From NCBI GenBank assembly GCA_044343805.1, contig JBIJDZ010000001.1, positions 78,392 through 142,391 of the forward strand: a DNA stretch of 64,000 nt. The letters run 5' to 3'. Position numbers and translations under genes: made by a program. This document shows positions 1 through 9,227 of this stretch, one piece after another; the first letter of the stretch is position 1, and every line of letters begins with the position of its first letter. The notes beneath the pieces are model-generated. The model was not told the DNA's origin and made no database searches. It saw only the letters and a program-made list of their open reading frames with translations. This DNA is from Chthoniobacterales bacterium. Its GTDB lineage: Bacteria; Verrucomicrobiota; Verrucomicrobiia; Chthoniobacterales; JACTMZ01.

Positions 1-21
1 GTTTGTTTGGATTATGATTGG

Positions 22-564
22 TCAGGCAGACTGTTGTTTGAGAGCTGATGCCATCGAGATGAAGAAAGCACCGGTAAAAATCAAATTGATCCCGAACAGC
101 AGGCCCAATAACCACGCCGCCGAGCCGGGAAAACCGCTATAGATCATCCAAGCAAGCACTAACGACACAACACCGCTCAGAAGCATCATCCAAAAAGTTC
201 CCGTTCCGGAAAATTTGAACGAGGCCACGATGGTCACAATCCCCTGTGCGGCGAAATATGCGCCCAGCAAGACAGTCAAAGTCAGCACACCCGCCGCGAC
301 TTGGAACAAAAGTAGCAATCCTGTCACCAAAGTGAGGATCGACCACAGGCCGGAAACTATCCGCTGGACCGTGCTCTCTTCTTTGCGGCCGATGGCAGAG
401 GCCAAGGCATAGCCACCCGCGATCAAAAGAAAAGCGGCGAAGAGTTGCTCAACAGCCACTGTCGCGAACAGCGGAAAAGTAATTGCCAACGCTCCAAGCA
501 CAACGAGGAGGATTCCCTGGAACAAGGTCCAGCCGGATGATTTTTGCATGGTTGAATTAGTCAT
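22..564 (-). CDS. HdeD/DUF308-family small polytopic membrane protein
   Basis: Repeated hydrophobic helices with G-rich spacing (GILLVVLGALAITFP, FLLIAGGYALASAIG) typical of DUF308. The ORF-track start at 573 is GTG. The first ATG is at 564, with another at 549. Confidence 0.6.
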   Translation of the reverse strand: MTNSTMQKSSGWTLFQGILLVVLGALAITFPLFATVAVEQLFAAFLLIAGGYALASAIGRKEESTVQRIVSGLWSILTLVTGLLLLFQVAAGVLTLTVLLGAYFAAQGIVTIVASFKFSGTGTFWMMLLSGVVSLVLAWMIYSGFPGSAAWLLGLLFGINLIFTGAFFISMASALKQQSA

Positions 565-660
565 AACGCGCACACGCTGTTCCCGAAGCCCTCGCGAGGG
601 AAGTGTATTTTTCAGCGGACGCTTGGCAGATCAGTGTTAAAATATTGCCCAACCCACCTC

Positions 661-2598
661 ATGAGGAAGAAAATACAAGCGCGTCATCCCGCCGCCAAGC
701 GCATCAGCTTGCTTCGCCCGCGGGCCAAGCGACGCCGGGCGCGTCGTCAACGCACCAAGCGACTCGGCCGGCTCATCTTGGCGTGTTTTCTTCTCTGGGG
801 GATCATTGCGGCATTTTACGCAGCATGGGCTTGGACGTTCGACCTGCAGCAAGTCGGTCGTATACCGGAGAGCTCCCTGGTGATTGATCGCAACGGGGAC
901 GTCTACACCAGACTGGCGGGAGAGCATCGGCGCACGGTCCCCTTGGACAAAGTGAGCCCGTGGTTCATCCGGGCGGTAATGGCCCGCGAGGACTCACGTT
1001 TCATGCAGCATTTCGGGGTGGATCCGGTCGGCATCCTGCGTGCGGCCATGAGGAACTTGTCCGCGGGCGGCGTGCGCCAAGGCGGCAGCACCCTCACCCA
1101 ACAGCTGGCCCGCAACAGCTTTCCTCTCGGTGGACAAACCATCCACCGGAAGATTCTTGAAGCGGCCCTTTCCCTGCGGATGGAGTCCGTTCTGACCAAG
1201 GACGAAATCCTCACCCATTACATGAACAGGATTTATTTCGGCGCAGGACTCTTTGGTATAGAAACGGCCAGCCAAGCCTACTTCGCGAAACCGGCGGCAA
1301 ATTTAAATCTTTCTGAAGCTGCCCTGCTGGCGGGAATCATCCGCAGCCCGAACCGGCTCTCGCCCTTCCGGGATCCGCAAGGCGCGCTCGAACAGCGCAA
1401 CATCGTTCTGCGGCAGATGGAAGACCAAGGCTACATCTCGGCGCGGCAAAAAACCGAAGCCCAAGCAGAACCGCTCCTTCTTGCCTCCGAACGGCCCGCG
1501 CCCCCGCAAGAAGATTGGGCCATGGAGCTGCTCTGGCGCGAACTGGAGCGCGTCTTGCCTCAGGACGTTCTCGATGGTGCGGGCTTGAAAGTTTACACCA
1601 CGCTCGACGGCGCCATGCAACGAAGCGCCGTGGAAGCGATCGAAGCCCAACTCGAATCGGTGGAGGCTCGCCCCGGCTACACTCATCCTCGCAAAGCAGA
1701 AACGAGTTTTGTCGATCCGCAAAGCCGCGGCGGCACGCCCTATTTGCAAGCTGCCGCCATGGCGATCGACAACCACAGCGGCGGCATCCGCGTGCTTGCC
1801 GGAGGACGCGACTACACAACCAGCAAATATAACCGTGCATACTTCGCCGAGCGTCAGGTTGGTTCCGCCGTTAAGCCGTTCGTTTACGCCGTGGCTTTCG
1901 CCAGTGGTCTTCATCCTGACACCCCGGTCAGTGACGATCGCATCCGCCCGGGGGAGTTGCCCAAAGCGTTCGGACCATACAATCCGTCAAACAGCGATGA
2001 CACCTACCGCGGCTTGTTGCCGGCCAAAGACGGTTTGGTGCTCTCCCGTAACACCATGAGTGTACGTATCGGAACGATGGCCGGGATAGATCGTGTGAGA
2101 GAATGTATTTTGGCGGCGGAATTAACGAAAGACGCGCCCCGATTCCCCTCAATTTTTCTCGGCGCTTTCAGCGGGACACTGCGATCTCTCACGGTGGCAT
2201 ACGCCGCGTTGGCCAATGATGGGATCGCGCCCAGCCCGCACCTTCTCGACCGGGTTGAAGATCCGCAGGGGCGCGTCATTTACCGATACAAGGGATCGGT
2301 CCGAAGATTTGTGCCGTCTTCAGCTGCCAGGTTGACCTCCGCCATTCTGCAGGAAGCCATGACACGTGGCACCGGGGCAGTAGCCGCAGCCTTTGGCTAC
2401 AAAGGCAGGGCCGCAGGCAAGACCGGCACAACCAACGAATACCGAGATGCGTGGTTTATCGGATTCGATTCCGAGACAACTTGCGGCGTTTGGGTTGGTT
2501 TCGACCAACCAAAGACCATCGTTGATCGAGGGTATGGCGCGACTTTGGCTTTACCCGTCTGGGCTAAAATCATGAGCGCCACCGGAAGCAGTCGCTAA
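661..2598 (+). CDS. Class A penicillin-binding protein (bifunctional glycosyltransferase/transpeptidase, PBP1A family)
   Basis: GT51 motifs are present (AREDSRF, GGSTLTQQLARN, RKILEA). The transpeptidase motifs are QVGSAVKPFVY (SxxK) and KTGTT. The N-terminus is basic with one TM helix. The track start at 634 is GTG and the first ATG is at 661. Confidence 0.85.
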   Translation: MRKKIQARHPAAKRISLLRPRAKRRRARRQRTKRLGRLILACFLLWGIIAAFYAAWAWTFDLQQVGRIPESSLVIDRNGDVYTRLAGEHRRTVPLDKVSPWFIRAVMAREDSRFMQHFGVDPVGILRAAMRNLSAGGVRQGGSTLTQQLARNSFPLGGQTIHRKILEAALSLRMESVLTKDEILTHYMNRIYFGAGLFGIETASQAYFAKPAANLNLSEAALLAGIIRSPNRLSPFRDPQGALEQRNIVLRQMEDQGYISARQKTEAQAEPLLLASERPAPPQEDWAMELLWRELERVLPQDVLDGAGLKVYTTLDGAMQRSAVEAIEAQLESVEARPGYTHPRKAETSFVDPQSRGGTPYLQAAAMAIDNHSGGIRVLAGGRDYTTSKYNRAYFAERQVGSAVKPFVYAVAFASGLHPDTPVSDDRIRPGELPKAFGPYNPSNSDDTYRGLLPAKDGLVLSRNTMSVRIGTMAGIDRVRECILAAELTKDAPRFPSIFLGAFSGTLRSLTVAYAALANDGIAPSPHLLDRVEDPQGRVIYRYKGSVRRFVPSSAARLTSAILQEAMTRGTGAVAAAFGYKGRAAGKTGTTNEYRDAWFIGFDSETTCGVWVGFDQPKTIVDRGYGATLALPVWAKIMSATGSSR

Positions 2599-3635
2599 GA
2601 AGCTTGTGAAGCATGACGCATTTTTTCCAAAACGCGTCGGGCCGCGCCAGAATCGATCGACTCGTTTGCACGCGCCATAGCCTCCTCCCAATCGAGGGCT
2701 AACGCGGCAACCTGCAATGCCGCGGCCGCATTGATCACCACGAGATCCCGCGCCGCTCCACGATGATCCCCCGCAAGTATCCGCTGGAGAATGGTGGCAT
2801 TTTCGGCAGCATCACCCCCGAGCAATTCATCAAGTCGGCCGGCAGGCACACCGAGATCGGACGGATGCAAAGTCGTGGAGGAAGTCGCACCGGCAATCAC
2901 CTCGGCGATAACCGTCGGGCCCAATGTGGATATCTCGTCCATCACTCTCCCTTCACCCGCTTGGCCATGCACAACCCAAGATCGTTCGCGCCCCAAAGAC
3001 GGCAGCACTGAGGCGTAAAGAGCCACAAGGCTCTCGCTGAACACCCCGGCCAACTGATAAGCGGGGCGCGCGGGGTTGAGCAGCGGGCCGAGCATGTTGA
3101 AGATCGAAGCGCGCTTGCGTTCGCCCAAAATCTTACGGGCGGCCACGACCGACTTGAACGCCGGATGAAAACGCGGAGCAAAAAGAAAAACCGCGCCCGC
3201 CTCCTCGATCATTTGTTGCAACCGGTCCTGCGGAGAATCCGGTGAAATGCCGAGAGCTTCCAACACATCCGCCCCACCGCTGCGGGAAGTAATGCCCCGG
3301 TTGCCATGCTTGACCAGACGTGCCCCCGCTCCAGCAGCCACGAACATAACGGCCGTTGACACATTGAACAGGCCAAGCTTGTCACCGCCTGTTCCGCATA
3401 CGTCGAGAACTGGCCCCAGCCCGTCCGCGACCACAAAAGGCTCGGCGCGTTTCATAAAAGCCGAAGCAAATGCCACAATCTCCTCCGGACTTTCTCCACG
3501 CACATGCAGAGCATCGAGAAAGTCCGCTTTCTCCACATCGGAATAAGTAGCCGACAGCAGACCCTCGACGACCGCGTTGACATCTTCGGGTGAAAGAACC
3601 TCGCGTTGACCAACTTTTTCGATCCAACGTTTCAT
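2595..3635 (-). CDS. trpD: Anthranilate phosphoribosyltransferase
   Basis: Contains the motif CGTGGDKLGLFNVSTAVMFVAAGAGARLVKHGNRGITSRSGGADVLEALG. Its length is typical at 346 aa. The ATG overlaps the aroD stop in an ATGA. Confidence 0.9.
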   Translation of the reverse strand: MKRWIEKVGQREVLSPEDVNAVVEGLLSATYSDVEKADFLDALHVRGESPEEIVAFASAFMKRAEPFVVADGLGPVLDVCGTGGDKLGLFNVSTAVMFVAAGAGARLVKHGNRGITSRSGGADVLEALGISPDSPQDRLQQMIEEAGAVFLFAPRFHPAFKSVVAARKILGERKRASIFNMLGPLLNPARPAYQLAGVFSESLVALYASVLPSLGRERSWVVHGQAGEGRVMDEISTLGPTVIAEVIAGATSSTTLHPSDLGVPAGRLDELLGGDAAENATILQRILAGDHRGAARDLVVINAAAALQVAALALDWEEAMARANESIDSGAARRVLEKMRHASQAS

Positions 3636-4327
3636 GGCATGACTTCAGCAAGACGTTCGCGCAATTTTACTGCCAACCATTGGCCTGAGACTTGTGGCCG
3701 GTCGAGATAACCGTAATTGAGTCGCGAACCCGCCACGGCAAGGGCCAAGCGGGAAACGCGCCCCAGAGGCCCCATTCCCATCGTGGACAGTGCCATCGAG
3801 GGATAGAGCGATTGCAACTGGAGAAGCACCGACAAGTCTTTAGGGCTACGCAAAGTTGTGGCAATTTTGACAAAATTCGCCCCGGACCGCCGAGCAGCAC
3901 CTACGGTCTCCCGCAAACGCGCAAGTCCCGGCGTGCCCCGGAAGTCGTGGAATGAGATCACGGTAAAAATCCCGCGCTCGGCAGCCGAAGCCAAGACGGG
4001 TTGCATAGGCCCGACAGATCGCAACTCGACATCAACAGCTGTCGCCAAAGGTAAAAATTCCTCATACAAAGACCGCCGGACGGACGAGGAAAGATTTCCT
4101 GCCCCGCCTTCGACCGGATGACGCGCCGTCAGCAAAAGCGGCGCAGGTATCCTTGAAACCGCCGAGGCAATCGCGTGTCGACTGGCAAGGAGGCAATCCA
4201 AACGAATCTCCACTAAATCAACCGTACCGGGCGGGAGCTTTCCGGCATCCGACAACCCGCGCACCGTATGCGCGGTGGCAACAACCAGCGGCCGTGACGC
4301 GCTCTCGAGCTTTTTCTTAGAATTCAT
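3632..4327 (-). CDS. aroD: Type I 3-dehydroquinate dehydratase
   Basis: Has VEIRLD near the N-terminus, FVKIATT (catalytic Lys context) and STMGMGPLGRVSRL near the C-terminus. It is translationally coupled to trpD. Confidence 0.75.
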   Translation of the reverse strand: MNSKKKLESASRPLVVATAHTVRGLSDAGKLPPGTVDLVEIRLDCLLASRHAIASAVSRIPAPLLLTARHPVEGGAGNLSSSVRRSLYEEFLPLATAVDVELRSVGPMQPVLASAAERGIFTVISFHDFRGTPGLARLRETVGAARRSGANFVKIATTLRSPKDLSVLLQLQSLYPSMALSTMGMGPLGRVSRLALAVAGSRLNYGYLDRPQVSGQWLAVKLRERLAEVMP

Positions 4328-4393
4328 GGAGAAAAGCTGCTTTTATAGAAGTTTCGGCACATGTCCGCCATACGTAACTGAGAGCAACCCAAA

Positions 4394-5785
4394 ATGTTTT
4401 ATCGTAAACACAAATTCGCACTGCAGCTGAATCAAAGCGCGGATGCCATAATCCTGGCCGCATCCCTCTACTTCAGCTACGCCCTGCGCGCCTACAATAT
4501 CGTGAATATCGATATTTTTCCCGACATTCCACCGTTGGCAAACTTTTTATGGCTTTTCATGGTTGTATGCCCTTTCGGCCCTCTCTTCTTGGAACTTCAA
4601 GGCTTTTACCAATACCCCCTCGAAAAAAGTGTTCGCCGCTCGTTGCAGCAAATTGCCTACGCCGGATTTTGGGTTGGGTTCGTCATTGGTGCTTGTGTCA
4701 TTTTTTTAAAACTCAGCATCCCAAGCCGATCCGTCTTCTTGATTTTTCTGGCCATTGCGCCTGCCGGATTGCTGTTACGCGAGGCACTTTTCCGGTCTAT
4801 TTACATGCGCATACTGTTAAAGGGATCGGAAGGCGAAAGCATCATTCTCGCTGGTTCACCGGATAAAATGAACGAATTGGTGCAAGACCTCTCTCCCATC
4901 CAGCAACTGGAGCTTAATGTGGTTGAAAGGGTCGACCTCGACCGTCAGCCGGTCAAAGACTTGGTCGAGTCCATGCACCGGCATAGTGTAAGTCGCGTGG
5001 TGCTTGCCTTCGGACATCATTCCTCCGACTGCTTGCAAGCCTCCATCACGGCGTGCGAAACGGAGGGCGTCGAAGCATGGATCGCGGCCGATTTCGTTAG
5101 GGCATCCATCGCTCGTCCGACCTATGACTCCCTCGGCAAAACGCCGATGCTGGTTTTCCGAGTTACACCAAGCCTTTCCTGGGCCCTCTTGGTAAAAAAC
5201 CTGATCGACCGCCTGGGAGCTCTCCTCGGGTTGCTTTTGCTTTCGCCCTTGTTTTTGGCCGTAGCCCTCGGAATCAAACTCACCTCGCCCGGACCAGTCA
5301 TTTTTGTGCAGAAACGGGCAGGCAAACATGGCCGGCCTTTCAAGATGTATAAGTTCCGCTCAATGCGAAAAGGTGCAGAGAAGGAACAAGACCTACTCAA
5401 AAACCTGAACCAGATGAGCGGGCCCGTTTTCAAAATCGTCGATGATCCCAGAATCACACCTCTGGGCCGATGGATCCGAAGAACAAGCATTGATGAGTTG
5501 CCGCAACTGTTCAATGTGCTGCTTGGACACATGAGCCTGGTCGGACCCCGCCCCCTGCCGCTCTACGAAGTGGAGAACTTCGAACTCACGGCGCATCGGC
5601 GCCGTTTGAGCATGAAGCCCGGCCTGACCTGCCTTTGGCAAATCAGCGGACGCAATAATGTGCGCGAATTCAGCGACTGGGTTAAACTCGATGTCGAATA
5701 CATCGACAACTGGTCACTCTGGCTTGATTTTAAAATTCTCTTGCGGACGGTGCCAGTAGTCCTCCTTGGAACCGGCGCCCGTTGA
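4394..5785 (+). CDS. Polyprenyl-phosphate glycosylphosphotransferase (WbaP/CpsE-type bacterial sugar transferase)
   Basis: N-terminal TM helices are followed by the C-terminal PF02397-like core (SPGPVIFVQKRAGKHGRPFKMYKFRSM, SGPVFKIVDDPRITPLGRWIRRTSIDELPQLFNVLLGHMSLVGPRP). Confidence 0.85.
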   Translation: MFYRKHKFALQLNQSADAIILAASLYFSYALRAYNIVNIDIFPDIPPLANFLWLFMVVCPFGPLFLELQGFYQYPLEKSVRRSLQQIAYAGFWVGFVIGACVIFLKLSIPSRSVFLIFLAIAPAGLLLREALFRSIYMRILLKGSEGESIILAGSPDKMNELVQDLSPIQQLELNVVERVDLDRQPVKDLVESMHRHSVSRVVLAFGHHSSDCLQASITACETEGVEAWIAADFVRASIARPTYDSLGKTPMLVFRVTPSLSWALLVKNLIDRLGALLGLLLLSPLFLAVALGIKLTSPGPVIFVQKRAGKHGRPFKMYKFRSMRKGAEKEQDLLKNLNQMSGPVFKIVDDPRITPLGRWIRRTSIDELPQLFNVLLGHMSLVGPRPLPLYEVENFELTAHRRRLSMKPGLTCLWQISGRNNVREFSDWVKLDVEYIDNWSLWLDFKILLRTVPVVLLGTGAR

Positions 5786-5846
5786 TAAACTGAGGATTAT
5801 CTGGAAATGATCGGCACAGTCTGATAGATACTTACCTCCAATTTTC

Positions 5847-6809
5847 ATGCCCTCAGCATCTTCCAAGCGTGTATCGTTAGTCACCGGCGGCGCCGGTTTC
5901 CTCGGATCTCATTTGTGCGATCGCCTGCTGAACGAAGGACATCACGTAATCGCGGTCGACAACTTGGTTACCGGTAGCGTGGAAAATATCGCCCACTTGG
6001 CCGGAAACCCAAATTTCCGCTACATCAAACAAGACGTCACGCAATACATCTACCTCCCCGACCAGATAGATTACGTCTTCCATATGGCCTCGCCGGCCAG
6101 TCCGATCGACTATCTTGAATTGCCCATTCAGACAATGAAGGTTGGCGCACTCGGCACACACAATGCCTTGGGCTTGGCTAGATCAAAAGGCGCGGCATTT
6201 TTGCTGGCTTCGACTTCGGAATGCTATGGTGACCCACTGGTGCACCCGCAAACCGAAGATTACTGGGGCAACGTCAACCCCATCGGTCCACGCGGTGTTT
6301 ATGACGAAGCCAAACGCTTCGCTGAAGCCCTGACCATGGCTTACCACCGCTACCATCAGGTGGACACCAAGATCGTTCGTATCTTCAATACTTACGGTCC
6401 GCGCATGCGTTTGCGGGACGGTAGGGTCGTTCCGGCTTTCATCGGCCAAGCCCTGACCGGACAACCCATCACTGTCTTCGGAGACGGTTCTCAGACCCGC
6501 AGCTTTTGTTATGTCTCGGATTTGATCGACGGCATCTTTCGTTTGATGATGAGCCGCTTTCACGAACCGGTGAACATCGGCAACCCCCATGAAATGACGA
6601 TCAAACAATTTGCCGAAGCGATCCGTGACCGCATCGCTCCCACGGCCGAAATCGTTTACAAGCCCCTGCCCGTCGACGACCCGAAAGTCCGGCAACCTGA
6701 CATTACCCGTGCTCGCCGTGAGCTCGGCTGGGAGCCGCATGTTGCTTTTGACGCTGGCATTGACAAAACTATTGAGTACTTTCGGGGACGCGTCGCTGCG
6801 ATCATCTGA
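5847..6809 (+). CDS. UDP-glucuronate decarboxylase (UDP-xylose synthase-like SDR)
   Basis: Has a Rossmann motif ([16 protein letters not shown]) and a YDEAKR catalytic YxxxK context. Length and overall pattern match UXS-type extended SDRs. Confidence 0.8.
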   Translation: MPSASSKRVSLVTGGAGFLGSHLCDRLLNEGHHVIAVDNLVTGSVENIAHLAGNPNFRYIKQDVTQYIYLPDQIDYVFHMASPASPIDYLELPIQTMKVGALGTHNALGLARSKGAAFLLASTSECYGDPLVHPQTEDYWGNVNPIGPRGVYDEAKRFAEALTMAYHRYHQVDTKIVRIFNTYGPRMRLRDGRVVPAFIGQALTGQPITVFGDGSQTRSFCYVSDLIDGIFRLMMSRFHEPVNIGNPHEMTIKQFAEAIRDRIAPTAEIVYKPLPVDDPKVRQPDITRARRELGWEPHVAFDAGIDKTIEYFRGRVAAII

Positions 6810-6842
6810 ACAAACAGTCACCCCATCAGAAATCCTCCCATC

Positions 6843-7463
6843 ATGAAAAGCACACTTCGTATCTTCGCGTTGATCTTCGGCGCGATTTGTGCGACCCACG
6901 CGCAACAGATCAACCCCGATTTCAAAATCAACAAAATCACCCCGGATTTCACCACGACACCGGAGTACAACTTCAGTTATGGCCCCAAGAACAAACGGGT
7001 CACCAAGAACAAAGACTTTCTCGAGGCTGAAGTCAGTTTTGATTGGCAACCGCGAGACAAAAAGCCCGACTTCCTCGACGAGCTTACCTTCAACTACTAC
7101 ATCCTTTTGAACAATAAGAGCAGCGAAAATCCCAAAGGGACCCTCCTCACCGGCACAGTCACCCACATCGCTATTCCCCAAGCTAAAAGCATGAATTCCG
7201 TCATGTACGTCAGCCCGCGCACGCTGGAGCGCTTCTTTGGCGGCAAGACTCCCAACAATATCACCGCTGCGGTGGTCGATGTTGGCGTGACGATTACGAA
7301 ACAAGGCCAACTCGTTGCTGAAGCAAGCTGGCAAGGCCGGGGGCAATGGTGGTTGAATTACCAACAAGTCAGCGGATATGTTTTGAACAAGAGCGAAACC
7401 CCCTTTGCGCCCCTCGCTTGGGACTACTACGAGGCGATCAAAACAAAATCTGGCGGCATGTAA
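6843..7463 (+). CDS. Secreted protein of unknown function; first gene of the pilMNOPQ-like operon (position equivalent to Akkermansia Amuc_1102)
   Basis: Has a Sec signal peptide (MKSTLRIFALIFGAICATHA/QQ) and no recognisable enzymatic motif. It starts 33 nt after the UXS stop and ends 30 nt before pilM. The Amuc_1102 equivalence rests on synteny only. Confidence 0.55.
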   Translation: MKSTLRIFALIFGAICATHAQQINPDFKINKITPDFTTTPEYNFSYGPKNKRVTKNKDFLEAEVSFDWQPRDKKPDFLDELTFNYYILLNNKSSENPKGTLLTGTVTHIAIPQAKSMNSVMYVSPRTLERFFGGKTPNNITAAVVDVGVTITKQGQLVAEASWQGRGQWWLNYQQVSGYVLNKSETPFAPLAWDYYEAIKTKSGGM

Positions 7464-7493
7464 CTGGCTACCGGTAGTATCATTTTTCACTGC

Positions 7494-9227
7494 ATGGCTA
7501 AATCACCCACCCGCGTTGCCTCAGTTAATCTCGGCATGCAGACCGTCACCATGGCGGTGTTTGACGTTGCCGCTGGTGGCGGGCTGACTTTATCCACTTA
7601 CGCGCAAGCCGAGTTGATCGCGGATCCAGCAGCAGACGCGACTCGCGCCGGACAACTTCGTTTGGTGCTGGGGGAGTTACGCGAGAAAACCGGATGGAAA
7701 GGCGCCTCGATTGCTTGCGCCGTCCCATCTCAGGGCGTTTTCACCCGTTTCGTCAAAATCCCTAAAGTCGATGCAGACCAAGTCGGACAGGTGCTTTTTT
7801 TCGAGGCCCAACAGAACGTCCCCTACCCGATCGAGGAGGTTGCCTGGAGCTATCAAGTGCTACCTGAGAGAGACGCCGAAAAGCTCAGCGCGCTGATTCT
7901 TGCCACCAAACTCGAATCCCTCGAGGAATGCGTCGACGCTATCCGCGGAGCCAAGCTGGAGCCTGATTTAATCGAAACTTCGCCCACGGCGCTCTACAAT
8001 GCATTTCGGTTCAACTATCCAGAAATTGCCGGCTGCACACTGTTGATCGATATCGGTTCACGCACAACCAATCTGATTTTTATCGAGGGCAACGAAATAT
8101 TCATCCGCACCTTGCCGATCGGAGGCAACTCCATCACCGGGGCTTTGCACAAACGCTTCGACGCCCGCTCTTTCAACGAGGTCGAGGAGTTAAAACGCAG
8201 CGAGGGCATGATTCCTCCGCCAGGCAATTACAGCGGAGCCAAAAGCGAGGACATCGCCGAGATCGGCAAAATCGCCCGTACTGTGATGACTCGCATTCAT
8301 AACGAAATCACCCGTTCCATCACTTTTTACCGGACCTCACAAAAAGGCTCGGCGCCCGCGATGGTTTTTCTGGCTGGGGGCGGAGCTTCGCTGCCTTACT
8401 CAGTCGAATTCTTCAAAGAAAAACTCTCTTTGCCGGTTGAATACTTTAATCCGCTGCGAAGGGTCGGCGTCGGTTCGGGAGTCGATGTCTCTGTGCTGCC
8501 TAAAATAGCCCACCAACTCGGTGAATGCGTCGGGTTGGGCATCAATCTCTTGCTGGATCATTGTCCCCTTGCCATTTCACTCAAATCTCCAAGTTTAGAG
8601 CGAATCAAGGCAGACAAAAAACGACGCCCGTTTCTTGTGGCCGCGGCGGCTCTAATGGTGGGAGCATTGGTTGTCACCGGTCTTTACTATCAAAAGGCGG
8701 CGGATCTTGTTTCGCAGATCAATCAAGAGCTGCAGGATGAGATTGATCCGCTCCAAAAAATATCGGGCCAAATAGCAAACTTTACCAGAGAGCGTGACCA
8801 AATCCTGAAAGACGGGGCCGATCTGGCAGCCGCCCCCCTGCTCCGATCCGGCTGGTCAGCCATCCTGAACGAACTCAACCGCCACCAACCCGAAAAATAC
8901 CTCTGGATCACAAAGCTTGCCCCGTATCCGGCGGCCCCGGGATTAGGCACCACCAGCAAAAGCCCCGCTCCTTCCCCGAACGCCAACAATACAGGTGCAG
9001 CCAATCATCAGGAACCTGCGGTAACGGCACTTTCCATCGAGGGGCTTTACTTGGAGAACCCCGAGGGTCCGGCTGTGGTGGATAAATTTGTGAACGAATT
9101 GTCGAAGTCGGAACTTTTCGACACCTCCGGCGACAGCATTGTCAAACTTCGCGCCACGCAGAGCGGTAATGCATGGGCTTACGAATTCCAAATCCTGCTA
9201 CCGCTCAAAAATCCGATTCCTCTCTGA
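7494..9227 (+). CDS. PilM-PilN fusion: cytoplasmic actin-like ATPase-fold domain, one TM helix, periplasmic coiled coil and PilN-like domain
   Basis: PilM-like motifs are LLIDIGSRTTNLIFIEGNEIFIRTLPIGGNSITGAL and VFLAGGGASLPYSVEFFKEKLSLPVEYFNPL. The TM helix RRPFLVAAAALMVGALVVTGLYY lies at about nt 8622-8690. After it come a heptad-like stretch, a P/A/S/N-rich linker and a small alpha/beta C-terminus. Confidence 0.75.
   Translation: MAKSPTRVASVNLGMQTVTMAVFDVAAGGGLTLSTYAQAELIADPAADATRAGQLRLVLGELREKTGWKGASIACAVPSQGVFTRFVKIPKVDADQVGQVLFFEAQQNVPYPIEEVAWSYQVLPERDAEKLSALILATKLESLEECVDAIRGAKLEPDLIETSPTALYNAFRFNYPEIAGCTLLIDIGSRTTNLIFIEGNEIFIRTLPIGGNSITGALHKRFDARSFNEVEELKRSEGMIPPPGNYSGAKSEDIAEIGKIARTVMTRIHNEITRSITFYRTSQKGSAPAMVFLAGGGASLPYSVEFFKEKLSLPVEYFNPLRRVGVGSGVDVSVLPKIAHQLGECVGLGINLLLDHCPLAISLKSPSLERIKADKKRRPFLVAAAALMVGALVVTGLYYQKAADLVSQINQELQDEIDPLQKISGQIANFTRERDQILKDGADLAAAPLLRSGWSAILNELNRHQPEKYLWITKLAPYPAAPGLGTTSKSPAPSPNANNTGAANHQEPAVTALSIEGLYLENPEGPAVVDKFVNELSKSELFDTSGDSIVKLRATQSGNAWAYEFQILLPLKNPIPL

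Noticed and set aside
6183-7490. A 435-aa ORF antisense to the UXS gene and the first operon gene. Similar long antisense ORFs lie at 29442-30830, 21266-22243, 22584-23360, 43217-44092, 34147-35091 and 37454-38101.
   Set aside because: Each lies opposite a gene with strong family motifs. None has a recognisable motif of its own, and they are rich in R/G/A/D as expected for shadow frames in GC-rich DNA. I treat them as non-coding artefacts.
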